A stretch of DNA of 64,000 nt, from IMG/VR virus record IMGVR_UViG_3300031555_001562; one strand, given 5' to 3'. Shown here piece after piece: positions 37,901 to 48,555 of the stretch. Below the pieces are notes generated by a model that worked only from the letters and a program-made list of their open reading frames with translations, was not told the DNA's origin and ran no database searches. Within the stretch, counting starts at the first letter, position 1. Each line of letters begins with the position of its first letter. Both the position numbers and the translations under genes were made by a program. This DNA is from a virus (lineage: Duplodnaviria > Caudoviricetes).

Positions 37901-40900
37901 AACATTGACACCACTTCAATTGACACAATTACAACATCGATTTCAAATCTGTCTGCTGAATTGATTGTCAAGGCCGGTGTTGATGAAACCGCAGTCATTG
38001 GATATCAGGCCTCAGAACACGATGCGCAAGGTACGGTCATTTGGGACAATGATACCAAACTCGTCGATGTATATGCGGAAGCAGCGCACTACGCAGAAGG
38101 TACGGTCACATGGTATAACAACACAAATCTTGTAAAGACAAGGTTCTATGCCAATGGATATGTTAACTGGAATCAGGTTAACGGAACCGCACATGCATCT
38201 GGTACTGCTCGTGCTGGCGGTGATTGGGGTACTGCACCTGGCGGCAAGACTCTCGTCGGAGAACTTGGTCAGGAAATTGTTGTAGATCCTCATACCGGAC
38301 GCTGGTACACAGTTGGTGATACCGGAGCTGAATTCCGTGATATTCCTCGTGGTGCAATCGTCTTTAATCACAAACAGTCAGAGTCACTGCTGAAAAACGG
38401 TTACGTCGCCGGAAGAGCATCCGCCCTAGTTGGTGGTACAGCTATGGTTACTGGCGGCATTCCTGTCAGCGGAGCAGATGCAAGCACTGAATCTGGCGGC
38501 AACAAGACCAGTAATCACACTAAAGGTACTTCTAACAACAGTCATGATACCGAAGATGAACTCGAAGTATTCGACTGGATTGAGGTTGCTATTGACCGCA
38601 TTGAGCGTGCTGTTGATCGACTGAAGACAACGGCTACCAGTGCATACAAAGCACTGAAGACTAAGCTTGGTGCGACATACGATGAAATCAGCAAGGTCAA
38701 TGAAGAGATTGCTGTTCAGGGACTTGCTTATGAAAGATATATGGAAGAAGCCAATTCTGTTGGTCTGTCTTCTGATCTTGCAAGCAAAGTTCAGGATGGT
38801 ACAATCGATCTGACTGAGTACGATTCTGAGACCCAAGAGCTAATCAAGGATTATCAGGAATGGTACGAGAAAGCATTGGATTGTTCCGATGCTATTCAGC
38901 AGCTTCATGAAGATCTTGCTTCTCTATATGAAGATAACTTCAACAACATAAAAGATGACTTTGATAGCCAGCTAGAGCTGCTAGAGCATATGACCACAAC
39001 ATATGAGACTGGTATCGATAAGCTGGAAGCACAAGGTTATCTGCAAAGCACTGAATACTATGCCGCCTTGAAAGATGTTGAGCAGCAAAATATTGATGTT
39101 CTGAATCAAGAACTTGCTTCTCTTATTCATTCTTTCTCCGAAGCTATGGCCTCCGGTGAGATTGAAGAAGGTAGCGAGGCATGGTATAACATGCAAATTG
39201 CCATAAATGATGTTAAAGAGCAGATCGATGAAGCGGAACTGTCTTTGGCTGAGTATGCGCAGACTATGCGTGAAATCGAGTGGGAACACTTCGACTACAC
39301 CCGTGAGCGTATTGCGCAACTAACACAAGAGTCTGACTTCATGATCGAACTCATGAGTAATTCTGATATGCATACAGACAATGGACAGCTGACCGATGAG
39401 GGTATGGCTACTATGGGTCTGCATGGTCTGAATTACAACACATATATGGCTGAAGCCGATGCTTATGCTCAGGAGATTTTGGAGATTGATAAGCAACTAG
39501 CAGAAGATCCCTATAACACTGAGTTGATCGAGCGCAGAGAAGAGCTGCTTGGCCTACAGCAAGATTCTATTCTTGCCGCAGAAGCAGAAAAACAGGCAAT
39601 TATCGACCTGGTTCGTGAAGGCATTGAGATTGAACTGGCTTCTTTGAAAGAACTGATTGACGGATATACCGATGCACTTGATAGTGCAAAGGATTTGTAC
39701 GAATATCAGAAGAAGATCAAAGAACATACTCAGGAAATCGCTTCTATTCAGAAGCAGTTGTCAGCATACGAAAATGATTATTCTGAGGAAACTCAGGCAA
39801 AGGTTCAGCAGCTGAGAGTCCAGCTGGAGGAGGCAGAAAGCAATTTGGAAGAGACTGAATATACTCAGTATATTGCAGATCAGAAGAAATTGCTTGATGA
39901 ACTGTATCTGGAATACGAAACAGTTCTGAATGAACGCCTAGATAACACAGAAGCACTTCTGGAGGAAATGATTGGCGCTGTCAATGAAAATTCTGGTTCT
40001 ATTAATACAACCTTGACAGAGGTTGCAGATAGTGTTGGATATACAATGACAGAGAGCATGCAGTCTATCTGGAATGGCTCTACTGAAGCACTTGATGGCA
40101 TCATTTCTACATACGGAGATGACTTCGGTGAAAAGATGACCGCCGCAAACAATGTGCTAAGTCAGATCGAGGCGAACACTGCCGCAATGATTGCAAACAG
40201 TGACGAACAGGCGGAAGAGACCGTTGAGGATACAACGCCGACAACAGATCCTGATCCTGATGTTACTGCTCCAACAACTCCCACCGAACCAGAACCTAGC
40301 ACTCCTTCGGAACCGGCTCCCCAGGAAAAGACTATCACCGTTGGTGGTAAGATCAATGCCAAGGGTGCTAAGATCTATGATTATGCTGGTGATAAGTCTG
40401 GTGAAAATCAGTACTTCTCAAAGGATCCTATCTATACTGTCCTTGACGAAAAGAGCGGATACCTGAAGGTTCGTCATCACAAGCTATCCAGCGGTGTTAC
40501 TGGTTGGTTCAAGAAATCTGATGTTAAGGCATATAAGACTGGTGGCCTGGTTGATTATACTGGCCTGGCACAGCTGGACGGTACTCCTGGTAAGCCAGAG
40601 CTTGTTTTGAATGCACAGGACACAGCCAATTTCATTGCTCTGAAGGAAACCCTACAGAGAATGAGCGAACAGGGATTGTCTTTTGGCACATCCTATGGCA
40701 GTGCTTATGTGCAGAGCCTTAGCGGTATCACTGATATTTCCAAGAAGATTGCAAGTATCCGTGATACGTCCGGCATTAACACCGGAGTCAACATTGGTGA
40801 TACTCAGATCACCATTGAGATTGACCACGTTGAAGACTACAACGATTTCGTTGCACAGCTTCAAAAGGATAAGCAGTTCGAACGTTTTGTTCAGTCTATG

Positions 40901-40963
40901 ACCGTTGACCGTCTAGTTGGCGGAACATCTCTGAAGAAGAACAAATATTTCGGCAATAGATAA
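34922..40963 (+). CDS. Tape measure protein, exon 2 (spliced product about 2858 aa)
   Basis: Frame open from CAA 34922; long coiled coils, LVGELGQE and GTPGKPE motifs, Pro/Thr linker and SH3-like domain near the C-terminus. Confidence 0.85.
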   Translation, partial: QFKVLGLQGATSIDLVTAATARMTVADTAAALAKTGLSEAQKIAILMSKGLSAEEAKASLATASHTAATVGATGATVGLTGATLSLKTALNGLKVAFMTNPLTAIITIALTLIPIIISIANAVKDAHKSVSEKLEDLNSQFTELSNKIKQVSSDFQSLKSNADSVIPRFTELAQGVNQFGENVSLTDEEYEEFLRLNNQIAEMFPELNLGMDSNGNAMLALSYSADTLTTSLYNLVEAERQAAHAEIAGTMPDVIENIKDTVEVYKDEIDDLKDSKEDWEDVYNDILNQSLPTNVGRYSTQEAGYQAALDFIEKAQYLGMHGNVLMDNQQNTNNGYVFSVQWDYENVNLDYVDKLYAAKQEEFDKQIHDYERRIQAKWQTINPVVGSWLQTDFLFNDLDKNMQLVAETMVSGLDFSSLGLTTQEEVQDYITNNILNPLFLAAPEVRNAFASITDWREQLQKGEITSEQFSKNVKDTFNNLVNGMDASRIDTFKSAFVSGFNAIGIEGDNFDAVVDNIIASWGSTNSVFNKTDGIDDAISKVQALTSSISTVQEVLSGQGTGVSLSIEDFNSAELKDYTSALEYNNGALQLNADKVNELIKAKTEEQIAINDTNKAVAQSKYLENAAEIERLRRELGELDESETSARDAIQGNINTLLEENSVLKNTCTQYDLMTSSLREATSAYQHWLNAQSAAQSGDMFDDTVDAFNHINDTLNNKDSDLYGRVGRTDYEAAVNLVIPDSIDPKDTEAVNAYMKEIYSLFTYNDDGNYAGLNIKNFCERAIDEGLMVLDEATNSYQIVGQQTMEDFAEGMDLSLPLVQAMFGEMEEFGAEFSWADEAHQSFGDLAVSANEAAEALRGFEGNEDLEIRLDVSDIESGQEKLDTLDLTIAEMNSIKAKPNVDPSEVEYANEVIKYCVAQKQLLSQPDVMMVDTSVVEGDLGNAIALLQEFQTAKNNLEVAQALGIDTTQAQADLDAAAQKIQNLDANITSEKALNIDTTSIDTITTSISNLSAELIVKAGVDETAVIGYQASEHDAQGTVIWDNDTKLVDVYAEAAHYAEGTVTWYNNTNLVKTRFYANGYVNWNQVNGTAHASGTARAGGDWGTAPGGKTLVGELGQEIVVDPHTGRWYTVGDTGAEFRDIPRGAIVFNHKQSESLLKNGYVAGRASALVGGTAMVTGGIPVSGADASTESGGNKTSNHTKGTSNNSHDTEDELEVFDWIEVAIDRIERAVDRLKTTATSAYKALKTKLGATYDEISKVNEEIAVQGLAYERYMEEANSVGLSSDLASKVQDGTIDLTEYDSETQELIKDYQEWYEKALDCSDAIQQLHEDLASLYEDNFNNIKDDFDSQLELLEHMTTTYETGIDKLEAQGYLQSTEYYAALKDVEQQNIDVLNQELASLIHSFSEAMASGEIEEGSEAWYNMQIAINDVKEQIDEAELSLAEYAQTMREIEWEHFDYTRERIAQLTQESDFMIELMSNSDMHTDNGQLTDEGMATMGLHGLNYNTYMAEADAYAQEILEIDKQLAEDPYNTELIERREELLGLQQDSILAAEAEKQAIIDLVREGIEIELASLKELIDGYTDALDSAKDLYEYQKKIKEHTQEIASIQKQLSAYENDYSEETQAKVQQLRVQLEEAESNLEETEYTQYIADQKKLLDELYLEYETVLNERLDNTEALLEEMIGAVNENSGSINTTLTEVADSVGYTMTESMQSIWNGSTEALDGIISTYGDDFGEKMTAANNVLSQIEANTAAMIANSDEQAEETVEDTTPTTDPDPDVTAPTTPTEPEPSTPSEPAPQEKTITVGGKINAKGAKIYDYAGDKSGENQYFSKDPIYTVLDEKSGYLKVRHHKLSSGVTGWFKKSDVKAYKTGGLVDYTGLAQLDGTPGKPELVLNAQDTANFIALKETLQRMSEQGLSFGTSYGSAYVQSLSGITDISKKIASIRDTSGINTGVNIGDTQITIEIDHVEDYNDFVAQLQKDKQFERFVQSMTVDRLVGGTSLKKNKYFGNR

Positions 40964-40969
40964 CATTAT

Positions 40970-40999
40970 GGAGAGATGGCTTCGGCTGTCTCTCCTTTT
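40970..40999 (+). terminator. Rho-independent terminator
   Basis: GGAGAGATGGC-TTCG-GCTGTCTCTCC plus TTTT. Confidence 0.8.
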
Positions 41000-41014
41000 G
41001 TATTGGAGGAACGT

Positions 41015-41335
41015 ATGAAAAACGAAAAGAAAGTTGCTTTCCAAAGCCAACGTATTGCTGAATTAGAGAAGCAAATCAAATGTTTGGAAGCAGAGAACAA
41101 ATCAATGGAGAAAGACATTGATCGCTATAAAAAGATTATTTCATCAAAGGATGAGACAATCGCCGCTTTGCAGTCTGAGACAGCAGAGTATAAGAAGCGT
41201 CATGATGCGGAAATGCATGATGTTATGGAACTGAAAGCAAGTCTGAGAACCGCAATCAGTGATGCAAAGGCTTCTCGTGCCAAATACGAGAAAGAAATGA
41301 AATCCCTTATTGATCGAATCAGAAAGGGAAAATAA
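41015..41335 (+). CDS. Coiled-coil hypothetical protein
   Basis: GGAGG before ATG 41015. Confidence 0.65.
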   Translation: MKNEKKVAFQSQRIAELEKQIKCLEAENKSMEKDIDRYKKIISSKDETIAALQSETAEYKKRHDAEMHDVMELKASLRTAISDAKASRAKYEKEMKSLIDRIRKGK

Positions 41336-41353
41336 CGGTAAGGCGGTGAAACT

Positions 41354-42172
41354 ATGTATGCTATTGACTTTGAATATGATGGTCAGTATTTGAGTGACTA
41401 TGGATTCATTATCTGCAACTTTGATAGTGCATCCGGAGCGGACGTAGTTGATGCTGGCTCAAAGATTACTTTCAATAAGGTATCTCGAAACAGAGGTAGG
41501 CAGTATAGTTTAGCCAGTACACAATATGACGCATGCATCCAGGCAACATTTGATATCTGCAAAAATCCAGACGAGTATGACTATGAAGATATGGTCATTT
41601 CAAATGATGAATATAGAGATCTTATGCGCTGGCTGAATCGTCGTGAATTTCTGAAATTCCAGGTATTTGACCAGGATGATAAAGAAAGAGACACATGTTA
41701 TTACGATGTGAGCTTCAATATTGACAAGATCAAGATTGGCGAAATTCTGTATGGTCTGCGCCTCACTATGGAGTCGAATAAACCATTTGGCTATGGTCAG
41801 GAACAGTATGCTTCATATACATTCTCTGACGTTACAAAGTCTTATTTGCTTAGTGATATATCTGATGAAATCGGATCTACATATCCATATGTGACTATCA
41901 CTTGTAATGTTGATGGAGATTTGCAGATTTACAATGAGCTTGAAGATTGCACGACTCTAATTAAGAATTGCAAAGTTGGTGAGGTAATTACGATGGACGG
42001 AGATGCACAGATCATTTCCACCACATATGCCAGCCACGATATTTGTAATGACTTCAATTATGAATTCTTCAGAATTGGTAACACGATAAGCACGAGAAAC
42101 AATCGAATCACTGTATCAAAGCCATGCAAACTCGAAATCAGGTATGCGCCAATTATTAAGGATACACCATAA
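41354..42172 (+). CDS. Distal tail protein (Dit)
   Basis: Position after tape measure; DFEYDG..LSDYG start, PFGY, N.I.V end. Confidence 0.7.
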   Translation: MYAIDFEYDGQYLSDYGFIICNFDSASGADVVDAGSKITFNKVSRNRGRQYSLASTQYDACIQATFDICKNPDEYDYEDMVISNDEYRDLMRWLNRREFLKFQVFDQDDKERDTCYYDVSFNIDKIKIGEILYGLRLTMESNKPFGYGQEQYASYTFSDVTKSYLLSDISDEIGSTYPYVTITCNVDGDLQIYNELEDCTTLIKNCKVGEVITMDGDAQIISTTYASHDICNDFNYEFFRIGNTISTRNNRITVSKPCKLEIRYAPIIKDTP

Positions 42173-42183
42173 GGAGGGATTAG

Positions 42184-45100
42184 ATGGCTATCCGGATCAA
42201 GTTCGATTCGACGCACAATGCCCAGTCCCCTACTTATGTTTTAGCTACCAGAAGTGGTCGGAGACTTGGAAAGCTACCGGCTTACAATATTACATTCAAA
42301 GACACTCTGAATAGCTATTCTGAGATTTTCTTTAGAATCAACAAGGTAGATTGTGTATCGAACGCAACTAAAGACAAAAAGATTAACATGAAGCCGATCA
42401 GTGTTCATAATGTCATAAACACTATGACTGGTTATGTAAAAGTCGGCTCTGTTACTGTTGATAAATACAGAGAATTGGTTGAGTATGCTTCAATCATTTC
42501 TCATATCTCTAACTTTCTTCTGCAATTTCGTGGTGAGAGTGCAACATATAAGTTCACAGATATTTCTTTGGTACATTCAACCGACGATGCAGCAGTCTAT
42601 GTCATGGATGCGGAAGAAACTATTCTGCTGAGAATCAATTCAGAGGGATCTGTACATATTTACAACCCCAAAAGCATTGGCCTCATTGAGACTGAATCAT
42701 GTAAGGTTGACTTGTCATTCGATGTTCCGGTCAGCGTTGTTGACAATAAGTTTTGGAACAACGTAAAAGACTTCAAACTCATGTATTGTAGAGAATATGA
42801 TATGTGGTTTGAGCTATACGTTGAGGTTGATGAGTCCAACCATCTTGTGAAGAACGTAACAGCAAAGTCATTGGGCGAAGCTGAACTGTCACAAATTATT
42901 CTGTATGGAATTGAGATCAATACGGAATTGGATATTTCACGAGATGATTATAAACCAACGATTCTGTTTGATGAAACAGATCCAAAGGCTTCTCTGCTTG
43001 ATAGAATTACAGAAAAAGCTCCGCACTACAAGATTACCCATGTGGACAAAAGTATTGCGAAGATTCAGCGCACATTCTCGTTTGATTCAACTACGATCTA
43101 CGATGCATTCCAGGCGATTGCACAAGAGATCAACTGTCTGTTTATCATCAAAGTTTGCATGGACAATGACGGTAATATTTCTCGTGAGATTGCAGTGTAT
43201 GATCTTGAATCTAACTGCCTTGACTGCGGCAAGCGTGATGAATTCACAGATGTTTGCCCTGAGTGCGGAAGTAAGAATATTCTGAATGGATACGGAAAAG
43301 ACACAACAATTTTTGTGTCAACCGATAATCTGGCGTCAGATATCCAATATTCAACAAATGTAGATTCAGTAAAAAACTGTTTCCGGTTGGTTGCCGGAGA
43401 TGATTTGATGACCGCCACGTTAGTCAACTGCAATCCGAATGGTAGCGGCTATATTTGGTATGTGTCTGACGAATCAAAAGAAGATATGTCTGACGAGCTT
43501 GTTTCAACGCTTTCTGAGTATGACACACAATATGCATATTATCAGAAAGAACATGTTACAAGAATACCGTTTGATTTACTGAATCAGTATAACAACCTGA
43601 TTGATAAGTATATCGGATATACAACTGAGACGGCGATGCCAGATGCTATTACTGGATACCCGGCATTAATGAATGCATACTATGATGCGATTGATATGTA
43701 TCTGTACTTGAACAACGAGCTTATGCCGAGGGTTTCAATGCAGGATACAACTGCTGTCAAGGAAGCTGTGAAGCTCAATGCCGCAAATCTATCGCCAGTT
43801 GCGGTACTGAATCTTGATAAGGTTACTGCCGCATCTGCAAACAACGCTGTTCTGTCTGTTGCAAAAGTGATTGTGGATTCACGCTATCAGGTCAAAATTA
43901 AGGAGTCGCTGTTTGACGGAACTGTGTGGTCTGGTAACTTTACGGTTACTAACTACTCTGATGAAGAAGATACTGCAACAAGTGCGAGAGTAATGCTGAC
44001 GATCAACGACAACTATGAGACTTATGTGAAACAGAAGATTGAGAAGTCACTGAACGGCGCTTCAGATGAAAGTACTGATGTTGTTGCAATTTTTGATTTG
44101 GAAGAGGAAGAATTTATTTCTCAGATCAAGAAATATTGTCTATCTCGTCTTACATCTTTTCATGACGCATGCCAAGCTTGCCTCGACATTCTGATTGAGC
44201 AAGGTATTGCAGATAAGGATACTTGGGCTAATGAGGATCCAGACTTGTACAGAAGTCTATATGTACCATATTACAACAAACTGACATACTTGAGCGAAGA
44301 GATCAAGGTAAGAGAATCTGAAATTGCAGTTGTCATTGGAACATATGACAGATATGGTGAACTTATCACCGAAGGTGTGCAAACCGTTCTTGAAAAAGAG
44401 CGTGATACAATTCAGGAGATCTTGAACTTCGAGAAATTTCTTGGAGAAGACCTGTGGCTAGAGTTTGTAGCATATCGAAGAGAAGATACATATCAGAATG
44501 ATAACTATATTTCAGATGGATTGAATAACGCAGAGCTGTTTGAGCGTGCGCTAGAATTTATTGAAGTTGCCAAAAAAGACATCTACAAGTCTGCGACATT
44601 ACAACACTCAATTACTGCAACGTTGAAGAACTTGCTTGTAATGAAGGAGTTTGCGGCAATTGTTGATTACTTCGAAGTTGGTAACTGGATTCGTGTCAAA
44701 GTTGATGGAGAAGTGTACAAGCTCAGAATTGTTGACTTTGAGATCGATTATGACAATCTTGACAATATCTCTATTGTGTTCTCAGATGTAAAGAGTGGCG
44801 CAGATGGAGTCAGTGACGCAGAAAGCATTATGAACCAGGCGGCTTCTATGGCTACTTCTTACGGAGCCGTCTCAAGACAGGCCAGCCAAGGTTCTAAAAC
44901 AAAGCAGAATCTTGATGGTTGGGTAACAAAGGGTCTGGCACTGACAAAGATGAAGATCATTGACAGTGCGGACAACCAGAACATTACGTTCGACTCACAC
45001 GGTTTGCTGTGTAAAGAATATCTGCCAATTACGGATGACTATGACGAGAAGCAGCTGAAGTTAATAAACCGAGGAATCTATCTCACCGATGACAACTGGC

Positions 45101-45882
45101 TTACGTCCAGAGCTGGCATTGGTGATTTTACTTTCTATAACCCAGAAACGGGAAAGATGGAAGAAACCTATGGTGTTATTGCTGATACTCTTGTTGGCAA
45201 TTTGATTCTGTCTGAAAAGGTTGGTATTTACAATAAGAAGAACAGCATCACCCTTGACCAGAACGGTGTCATTATTACTTCAGATAATACAGGAGATGCG
45301 CTAAACCAAACTTCATTTACTATTCAGAAAAAGTCTCTGGATGCAGATGGAAATGAGTATTTGACGCAGATTATGTATGTTGACTCGGATGGCAACCTTG
45401 TTCTTAATGGTACTATTCGAATCAACTCTACTTCTGATGACTCTGTTTCTACGCTTGATGATCTGACTGATACGAGCAGATTCAGTCAGGAAATTAAAGA
45501 AACAATCGATGAAGAATTGTATCGTCAGCCGGACGAAGATGTAGAGGGTGACACTGGTGGCGTTTATTCAACTATTAACTTGAAATATCAAGAAGTGCAT
45601 GATTATGCCGATAATATGCTGAATGAATATAAAGCAAGTGTTGGTCAATACATGCAATTTGATGAAAATGGTTTAACTCTTGGAGCTACTACAAGTAGTT
45701 TCAAAACCGTCATCGATAATGAGCGCCTAGCATTCAAAGAAGGCGATGCAACTGTTGCATATATCAGCAATAGCCAGCTGTATATCACCGATGCAATCAT
45801 TCGAAACAGTTTGATTTTGGGAAGCTTCTTCTTCTCCCCTCGTGAGGACGGCGGTGTTTCTCTTACCTGGCAAGGGGGCTAA
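42184..45882 (+). CDS. Tail tip/baseplate hub protein
   Basis: 1232 aa after Dit; GVIADTLVG repeat-like region; C-terminal VAYISNSQLYITDA. Confidence 0.65.
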   Translation: MAIRIKFDSTHNAQSPTYVLATRSGRRLGKLPAYNITFKDTLNSYSEIFFRINKVDCVSNATKDKKINMKPISVHNVINTMTGYVKVGSVTVDKYRELVEYASIISHISNFLLQFRGESATYKFTDISLVHSTDDAAVYVMDAEETILLRINSEGSVHIYNPKSIGLIETESCKVDLSFDVPVSVVDNKFWNNVKDFKLMYCREYDMWFELYVEVDESNHLVKNVTAKSLGEAELSQIILYGIEINTELDISRDDYKPTILFDETDPKASLLDRITEKAPHYKITHVDKSIAKIQRTFSFDSTTIYDAFQAIAQEINCLFIIKVCMDNDGNISREIAVYDLESNCLDCGKRDEFTDVCPECGSKNILNGYGKDTTIFVSTDNLASDIQYSTNVDSVKNCFRLVAGDDLMTATLVNCNPNGSGYIWYVSDESKEDMSDELVSTLSEYDTQYAYYQKEHVTRIPFDLLNQYNNLIDKYIGYTTETAMPDAITGYPALMNAYYDAIDMYLYLNNELMPRVSMQDTTAVKEAVKLNAANLSPVAVLNLDKVTAASANNAVLSVAKVIVDSRYQVKIKESLFDGTVWSGNFTVTNYSDEEDTATSARVMLTINDNYETYVKQKIEKSLNGASDESTDVVAIFDLEEEEFISQIKKYCLSRLTSFHDACQACLDILIEQGIADKDTWANEDPDLYRSLYVPYYNKLTYLSEEIKVRESEIAVVIGTYDRYGELITEGVQTVLEKERDTIQEILNFEKFLGEDLWLEFVAYRREDTYQNDNYISDGLNNAELFERALEFIEVAKKDIYKSATLQHSITATLKNLLVMKEFAAIVDYFEVGNWIRVKVDGEVYKLRIVDFEIDYDNLDNISIVFSDVKSGADGVSDAESIMNQAASMATSYGAVSRQASQGSKTKQNLDGWVTKGLALTKMKIIDSADNQNITFDSHGLLCKEYLPITDDYDEKQLKLINRGIYLTDDNWLTSRAGIGDFTFYNPETGKMEETYGVIADTLVGNLILSEKVGIYNKKNSITLDQNGVIITSDNTGDALNQTSFTIQKKSLDADGNEYLTQIMYVDSDGNLVLNGTIRINSTSDDSVSTLDDLTDTSRFSQEIKETIDEELYRQPDEDVEGDTGGVYSTINLKYQEVHDYADNMLNEYKASVGQYMQFDENGLTLGATTSSFKTVIDNERLAFKEGDATVAYISNSQLYITDAIIRNSLILGSFFFSPREDGGVSLTWQGG

Positions 45883-45923
45883 ATATTTTCGATGGTTAAC
45901 GAAATAAGGAAGGAGGATTCCAT

Positions 45924-47396
45924 ATGGCTTTAAGTGGCAACGTACAAACAAGTGCATGGCAAAGCAGTAATGGTTATGATTGGCGAATTGTTCTAAATTG
46001 GACTGCAACGCAGAGTATAACTAATAATAAATCAACGATATCGTGGAATATTAAATGTTCTACATCGCAAGGTGGATACGTTGTTGTTGGTGAAGTTAGA
46101 GCAACAATTAACGGAACGGAAGTCTTTTATAGACCTACATCAGATAGATCGAATTGTTCTAATGGCACACAAATTGCAAGTGGTACAATTGATGTTCCAC
46201 ACAACAATGATGGAACAAAATCTGTTGCAATGAAGATTGAGGCTGGTATTTATGTGTGGGCTATTAGTGAGACTGGTAGTAACACATTTACTCTTGATAC
46301 AATTGCTCGTGCATCAAGCATTTCAAGCGCAAGTAATGTCACACTTGGAAATGCATGTAGCGTAAAGTGGACACCGGCTTCTACATCATTTTCATATAAG
46401 CTAAAATTTTCAATTGGTAGTTGGAGCTATACTACCGGAGCAATCAGCCCGTCAACTACGAGCGAGTATACATATACTGGATATAAAATAGCTTTAACTG
46501 CTGCCAATCAGCTGCCAAGTGCAACGAGCGGTACAATGACAGCTACGCTATACACATATTCAAGTAGTGCGTGTTCTACACAGATTGGATCTGCGGCAAC
46601 TAAGACTTTTACAGTAACCGTTCCAACATCTGTTATTCCTACAATATCATCATGCACGGCAGAGATTGTAAACTCGAACTCTACTATCAATGGATGGGGC
46701 GTTGCAGTTGCCGGATATACGAAAGTTAAGATTACTGCGGCAGCAAGCGGTTCATATAGTTCCACAATCAGTAGCTTCACGATTAGTGGTGGTTACAGTG
46801 CAACGAAAACAGGAACGAGTTTGTCATATACTGGAGGAACAATCACTTCGTCTGGTAGCAAATCGTTTAGTGTTGTTGCAAAGGATAGCAGAGGTAGATC
46901 ATCTGCAAAATCTACACCAACAGCAATAACTTTCTATGCATACTCAAAACCATCGGTGACTTCATTTACAGCCACTCGTAGTACGTCAGACCAGAGCAAG
47001 GTTATTGTGAAAGGCAATTGGTCTTTCTCAAGTGTCAACAGTAAGAATTCTGCTACGGGAACCTTGTATTATAAGAAATCAACTGCTACTAGCTGGACAA
47101 GCTATGGAACAATTTCAAAGAATACGAGTACAACACTGACAACTAATTTTGATACGACAGTCAGTTACAACTTCAAACTTGTTGTTACTGATGCCCTTTC
47201 AAATTCGGCACAGGATGAAGCATTCGTTTCAACTATGGAAGTTTTGCTTGATTTCAGAGCTGGTGGCAAAGGACTTGGAATCGGAAAGATTTGTGAGTCT
47301 GATTCTATGGAAGTTTCACTTGATGCAAAATTCTTCGGAACAGTGTACATAAACGGTGTCACGCTGGAAGAATATATACAATCAATTGTTGGTTAG
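45924..47396 (+). CDS. Ser/Thr-rich minor tail structural protein (DUF859-like)
   Basis: VPHNNDGTKS, LDTIARAS, KDSRGRS and GKGLGIGK motifs. Confidence 0.7.
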   Translation: MALSGNVQTSAWQSSNGYDWRIVLNWTATQSITNNKSTISWNIKCSTSQGGYVVVGEVRATINGTEVFYRPTSDRSNCSNGTQIASGTIDVPHNNDGTKSVAMKIEAGIYVWAISETGSNTFTLDTIARASSISSASNVTLGNACSVKWTPASTSFSYKLKFSIGSWSYTTGAISPSTTSEYTYTGYKIALTAANQLPSATSGTMTATLYTYSSSACSTQIGSAATKTFTVTVPTSVIPTISSCTAEIVNSNSTINGWGVAVAGYTKVKITAAASGSYSSTISSFTISGGYSATKTGTSLSYTGGTITSSGSKSFSVVAKDSRGRSSAKSTPTAITFYAYSKPSVTSFTATRSTSDQSKVIVKGNWSFSSVNSKNSATGTLYYKKSTATSWTSYGTISKNTSTTLTTNFDTTVSYNFKLVVTDALSNSAQDEAFVSTMEVLLDFRAGGKGLGIGKICESDSMEVSLDAKFFGTVYINGVTLEEYIQSIVG

Positions 47397-47421
47397 CAAC
47401 GTTTAAGGAGAAGATAAAGAA

Positions 47422-47646
47422 ATGAGAAACAAGGTTATGAAGCCTATGTCTGTCGCAAGATCTGAGTTTATTCAGTCTTTGACAAATATGATTAATGAAA
47501 GCACATTGCCGCTATTTGTAATCGAATCTATTCTGAAGGATATGCATTCAGATGTTCGTTCCCTGTCTCAGCGGCAGCTGGAAATTGATCTGAAAAACTA
47601 TCGTGAAGCATTGAGTCGGGCTGAAGACGAGGACACTGCGGAGTAA
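47422..47646 (+). CDS. Small hypothetical protein
   Basis: AAGGAG RBS. Confidence 0.6.
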   Translation: MRNKVMKPMSVARSEFIQSLTNMINESTLPLFVIESILKDMHSDVRSLSQRQLEIDLKNYREALSRAEDEDTAE

Positions 47647-47677
47647 GATATAGAATCTGAAATAAGGTGGTGACATA

Positions 47678-48070
47678 GTGTTCGATTTGACCCAGAAAGA
47701 GTTCGAGAAGAAGTTGGCTGAGATTCAGGAGAAGAACAAACAGAAAGAGTATCGCAGACTGTTGCGAGAAGAGCGGAAGAAGTCTAGGACAAAAATCAAA
47801 TTTCCATCAACAAGTAAGCTGATCTTGTTGGTGGCTTTTTTATTGTGTCTTGAAATCATCATTTTCTGTGAATACATGATGGTTAAGACTGGCGACCTCA
47901 GTTCATTGTACGCAATGATTGGAGTTGCTTCTGCACTGATCCCCCTTTGCCTGGGCTATTACTTCAAATCTAAGGCAGAAAACACTGCCGGAGGCATTAC
48001 ATATGACATGGCAATGCTGGAAGCGAACCAGAATCTAAACTATGAAGAATCAACCGACGCAGTTGGATAA
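47678..48070 (+). CDS. Membrane protein with two TM segments, putative holin
   Basis: Two hydrophobic segments, YYFKSKAEN; in the lysis cassette. Confidence 0.55.
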   Translation: MFDLTQKEFEKKLAEIQEKNKQKEYRRLLREERKKSRTKIKFPSTSKLILLVAFLLCLEIIIFCEYMMVKTGDLSSLYAMIGVASALIPLCLGYYFKSKAENTAGGITYDMAMLEANQNLNYEESTDAVG

Positions 48071-48076
48071 GGAGAA

Positions 48077-48490
48077 TTGAGTATGAACATTTTGAATGGC
48101 ATTCAGAACTTTTTGATGCTGGTCAATGAGCATTGGACTGAAATCATTGTGATTATCGGTCTGGCACTGGTTCTGTACAAGAGAGTTAAGGGCTATCTTG
48201 GCAAGACCAATGAGGAAAAGATTGAGATCGCTAAGGTGCAGATCAAGGAAACCGTTCTGAGACTGGTTACTGATGCGGAAATGGACTATAAGGAATGGGT
48301 TAAGGCTGGCGCTGTTAAGAGAGCGCAAGTAGTCGAGGAAATTTTCATGATGTATCCCATTCTGGCTAAGGTCACTAATCAGAAGGAACTTGTCGCATGG
48401 ATTGACGATATCATCGATGAAGCTCTGGAAACTATGAGAGAAATTTTTGCGGAGAATGAATCTCAGGAAGCAGAAGAATCCGCAGAATAA
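48077..48490 (+). CDS. Putative holin with one TM segment
   Basis: N-terminal TM, LVTDAE...G..KR motif; precedes the endolysin. Confidence 0.6.
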   Translation: MSMNILNGIQNFLMLVNEHWTEIIVIIGLALVLYKRVKGYLGKTNEEKIEIAKVQIKETVLRLVTDAEMDYKEWVKAGAVKRAQVVEEIFMMYPILAKVTNQKELVAWIDDIIDEALETMREIFAENESQEAEESAE

Positions 48491-48555
48491 TGAAAAATTG
48501 AGATTAGGCCAGTCGAAAGACTGGTCTTTTCTTATGTCGAAAGGAAAGGTAATCA

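Noticed and set aside
31523-40963. Two separate tape measure genes or a disrupted pseudogene
   Set aside because: The gap holds a complete group I core, splicing restores the frame, and the ATG at 34988 has no RBS
42184-47396. Second DGR variable repeat in other tail genes
   Set aside because: No further copy of the TR sequence found by eye in this window; remote targets elsewhere cannot be excluded
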